Source of the DNA: Takakia lepidozioides | Taxonomy: Eukaryota; Plantae; Bryophyta | NCBI GenBank assembly: GCA_030704615.1 | Contig: CM060733.1 | Span: 45,880,001 to 45,944,000 of the forward strand | Reading direction: 5' to 3' | Length of the DNA stretch: 64,000 nt | Part shown: positions 63,240 to 64,000 of the stretch, piece after piece | How the letters are laid out: each line of letters opens with the position of its first letter | Position numbering within the stretch: position 1 is the first letter of the stretch | Position numbers and translations under genes: made by a program | Notes under the pieces: model-generated | Databases searched by the model: none | Told to the model about the DNA's origin: nothing | The model's input: the letters and a program-made list of their open reading frames with translations, nothing else

Positions 63240-64000
63240 TCACCAATAGTCCCCATAAGAACAACACCATCTTCGAAGTGATGAAAGTGGTTGGCATCCC
63301 GTACCACAATTGCTCGGCCAACAATCTTTGAGATGAACTTGGTGGCTGTGTGGCAGTCACCACACACCGGGCGAAGATTCTTGATCAGATGCGTCCCAAG
63401 GGCCGTGCTGATCAGCCCAAAACCAATGGCAGAAAGAAAACCACAGTGAATTCACTGTGGTGGCAGAGAGAAAATTCCTTTTGCGCCTCCCCCACATCAT
63501 ACCCTGCCTTCTTCATCTGCCCAGACAATTGTCTCAGCTCAGCATGGATTTCCCCAATTTTGGGATGCAATTTGTCATCGACAACAAAGGTGTGCACCCT
63601 GTTGCCAACCTCAATGCAGCAGCGACCTGGCTCCCTTCTAACCCCTCTGACTTTCATCATTTTTCACATCTTTGCAGTATCATCCCACCTGCCAGCTGCG
63701 GCATAGATGTTTGATAGCAACACATAAGTCGCAACATCCTGTTCATCCCACTTGAGAATAGATGTTGCCGCAGGTTCAGCCATCTCCACGGTGCCATGGA
63801 TACTGCAGGCACCAAGCAAGGCCTTCCACACCATAGCATCTGGTTTGATTGGCATTGAATTAATAAGGTTCTCTGCCTCATCCAAATGCCCCGCACGTCC
63901 AAGAACATGCAGCCAAAGTGCTTTACTGTCAGAGTGACACCATGATCTTGACTCAGGGAATTAAAGTAGCGTTTTCCCACATCCAGTAGGCCAACATGGC
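63240..64000 (-). pseudogene. 3' end of a PLS-E-DYW (PG-type) PPR pseudogene; continues beyond the window
   Basis: MPIKPDAMVWKALLGAC, YVLLSNIYAAAGRW, REPGRCCIEV (PG box), [18 protein letters not shown]...RDANHFHHF and terminal GDYW* at 63240. These are spread over several frames by indels. Confidence 0.9.

Noticed and set aside
63240-63660. Possible U-to-C (DYW:KP-type) editing domain
   Set aside because: It has a PG box, HSE and terminal DYW, i.e. the canonical C-to-U type, and is pseudogenised.

Overview
Nuclear DNA of a land plant, probably a non-seed plant (bryophyte, lycophyte or fern; this is inferred from the PLS/DYW PPR style, the intact NdhO and the TE types). Spliced genes recognised by motif, in order: 3' part of an SSUH2-like DnaJ-type zinc-finger gene (+), plastid NDH subunit NdhO (-), a PLS-class PPR gene whose DYW tail has decayed (+), plastid ATP sulfurylase (-), a long multi-exon coiled-coil gene of unknown family (-), exosome subunit RRP40 (+), an RDR1/RDR2-type RNA-dependent RNA polymerase with one in-frame TGA (+), a frameshifted F-box gene (-) and the 3' end of a PPR-DYW pseudogene (-). 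Intergenic DNA and introns carry many TE relics. Five short TIR elements have readable ends: Mutator-like (in the NdhO promoter), hAT-like, two Tourist-like, and a 790-bp element with exact piggyBac-type TTAA/CCCT...AGGG/TTAA termini. There are also Ty3/gypsy remnants, nested RTE/RTEX-like LINEs, a tRNA-derived SINE head and a complex I P1-subunit pseudogene fragment. The best leads are the piggyBac-like element, the single-stop RDR and the palindrome-array MULE next to NdhO. I do not see a convincing new multi-gene system. All homology calls are from recalled motifs, not database searches, and all exon coordinates were read by hand.
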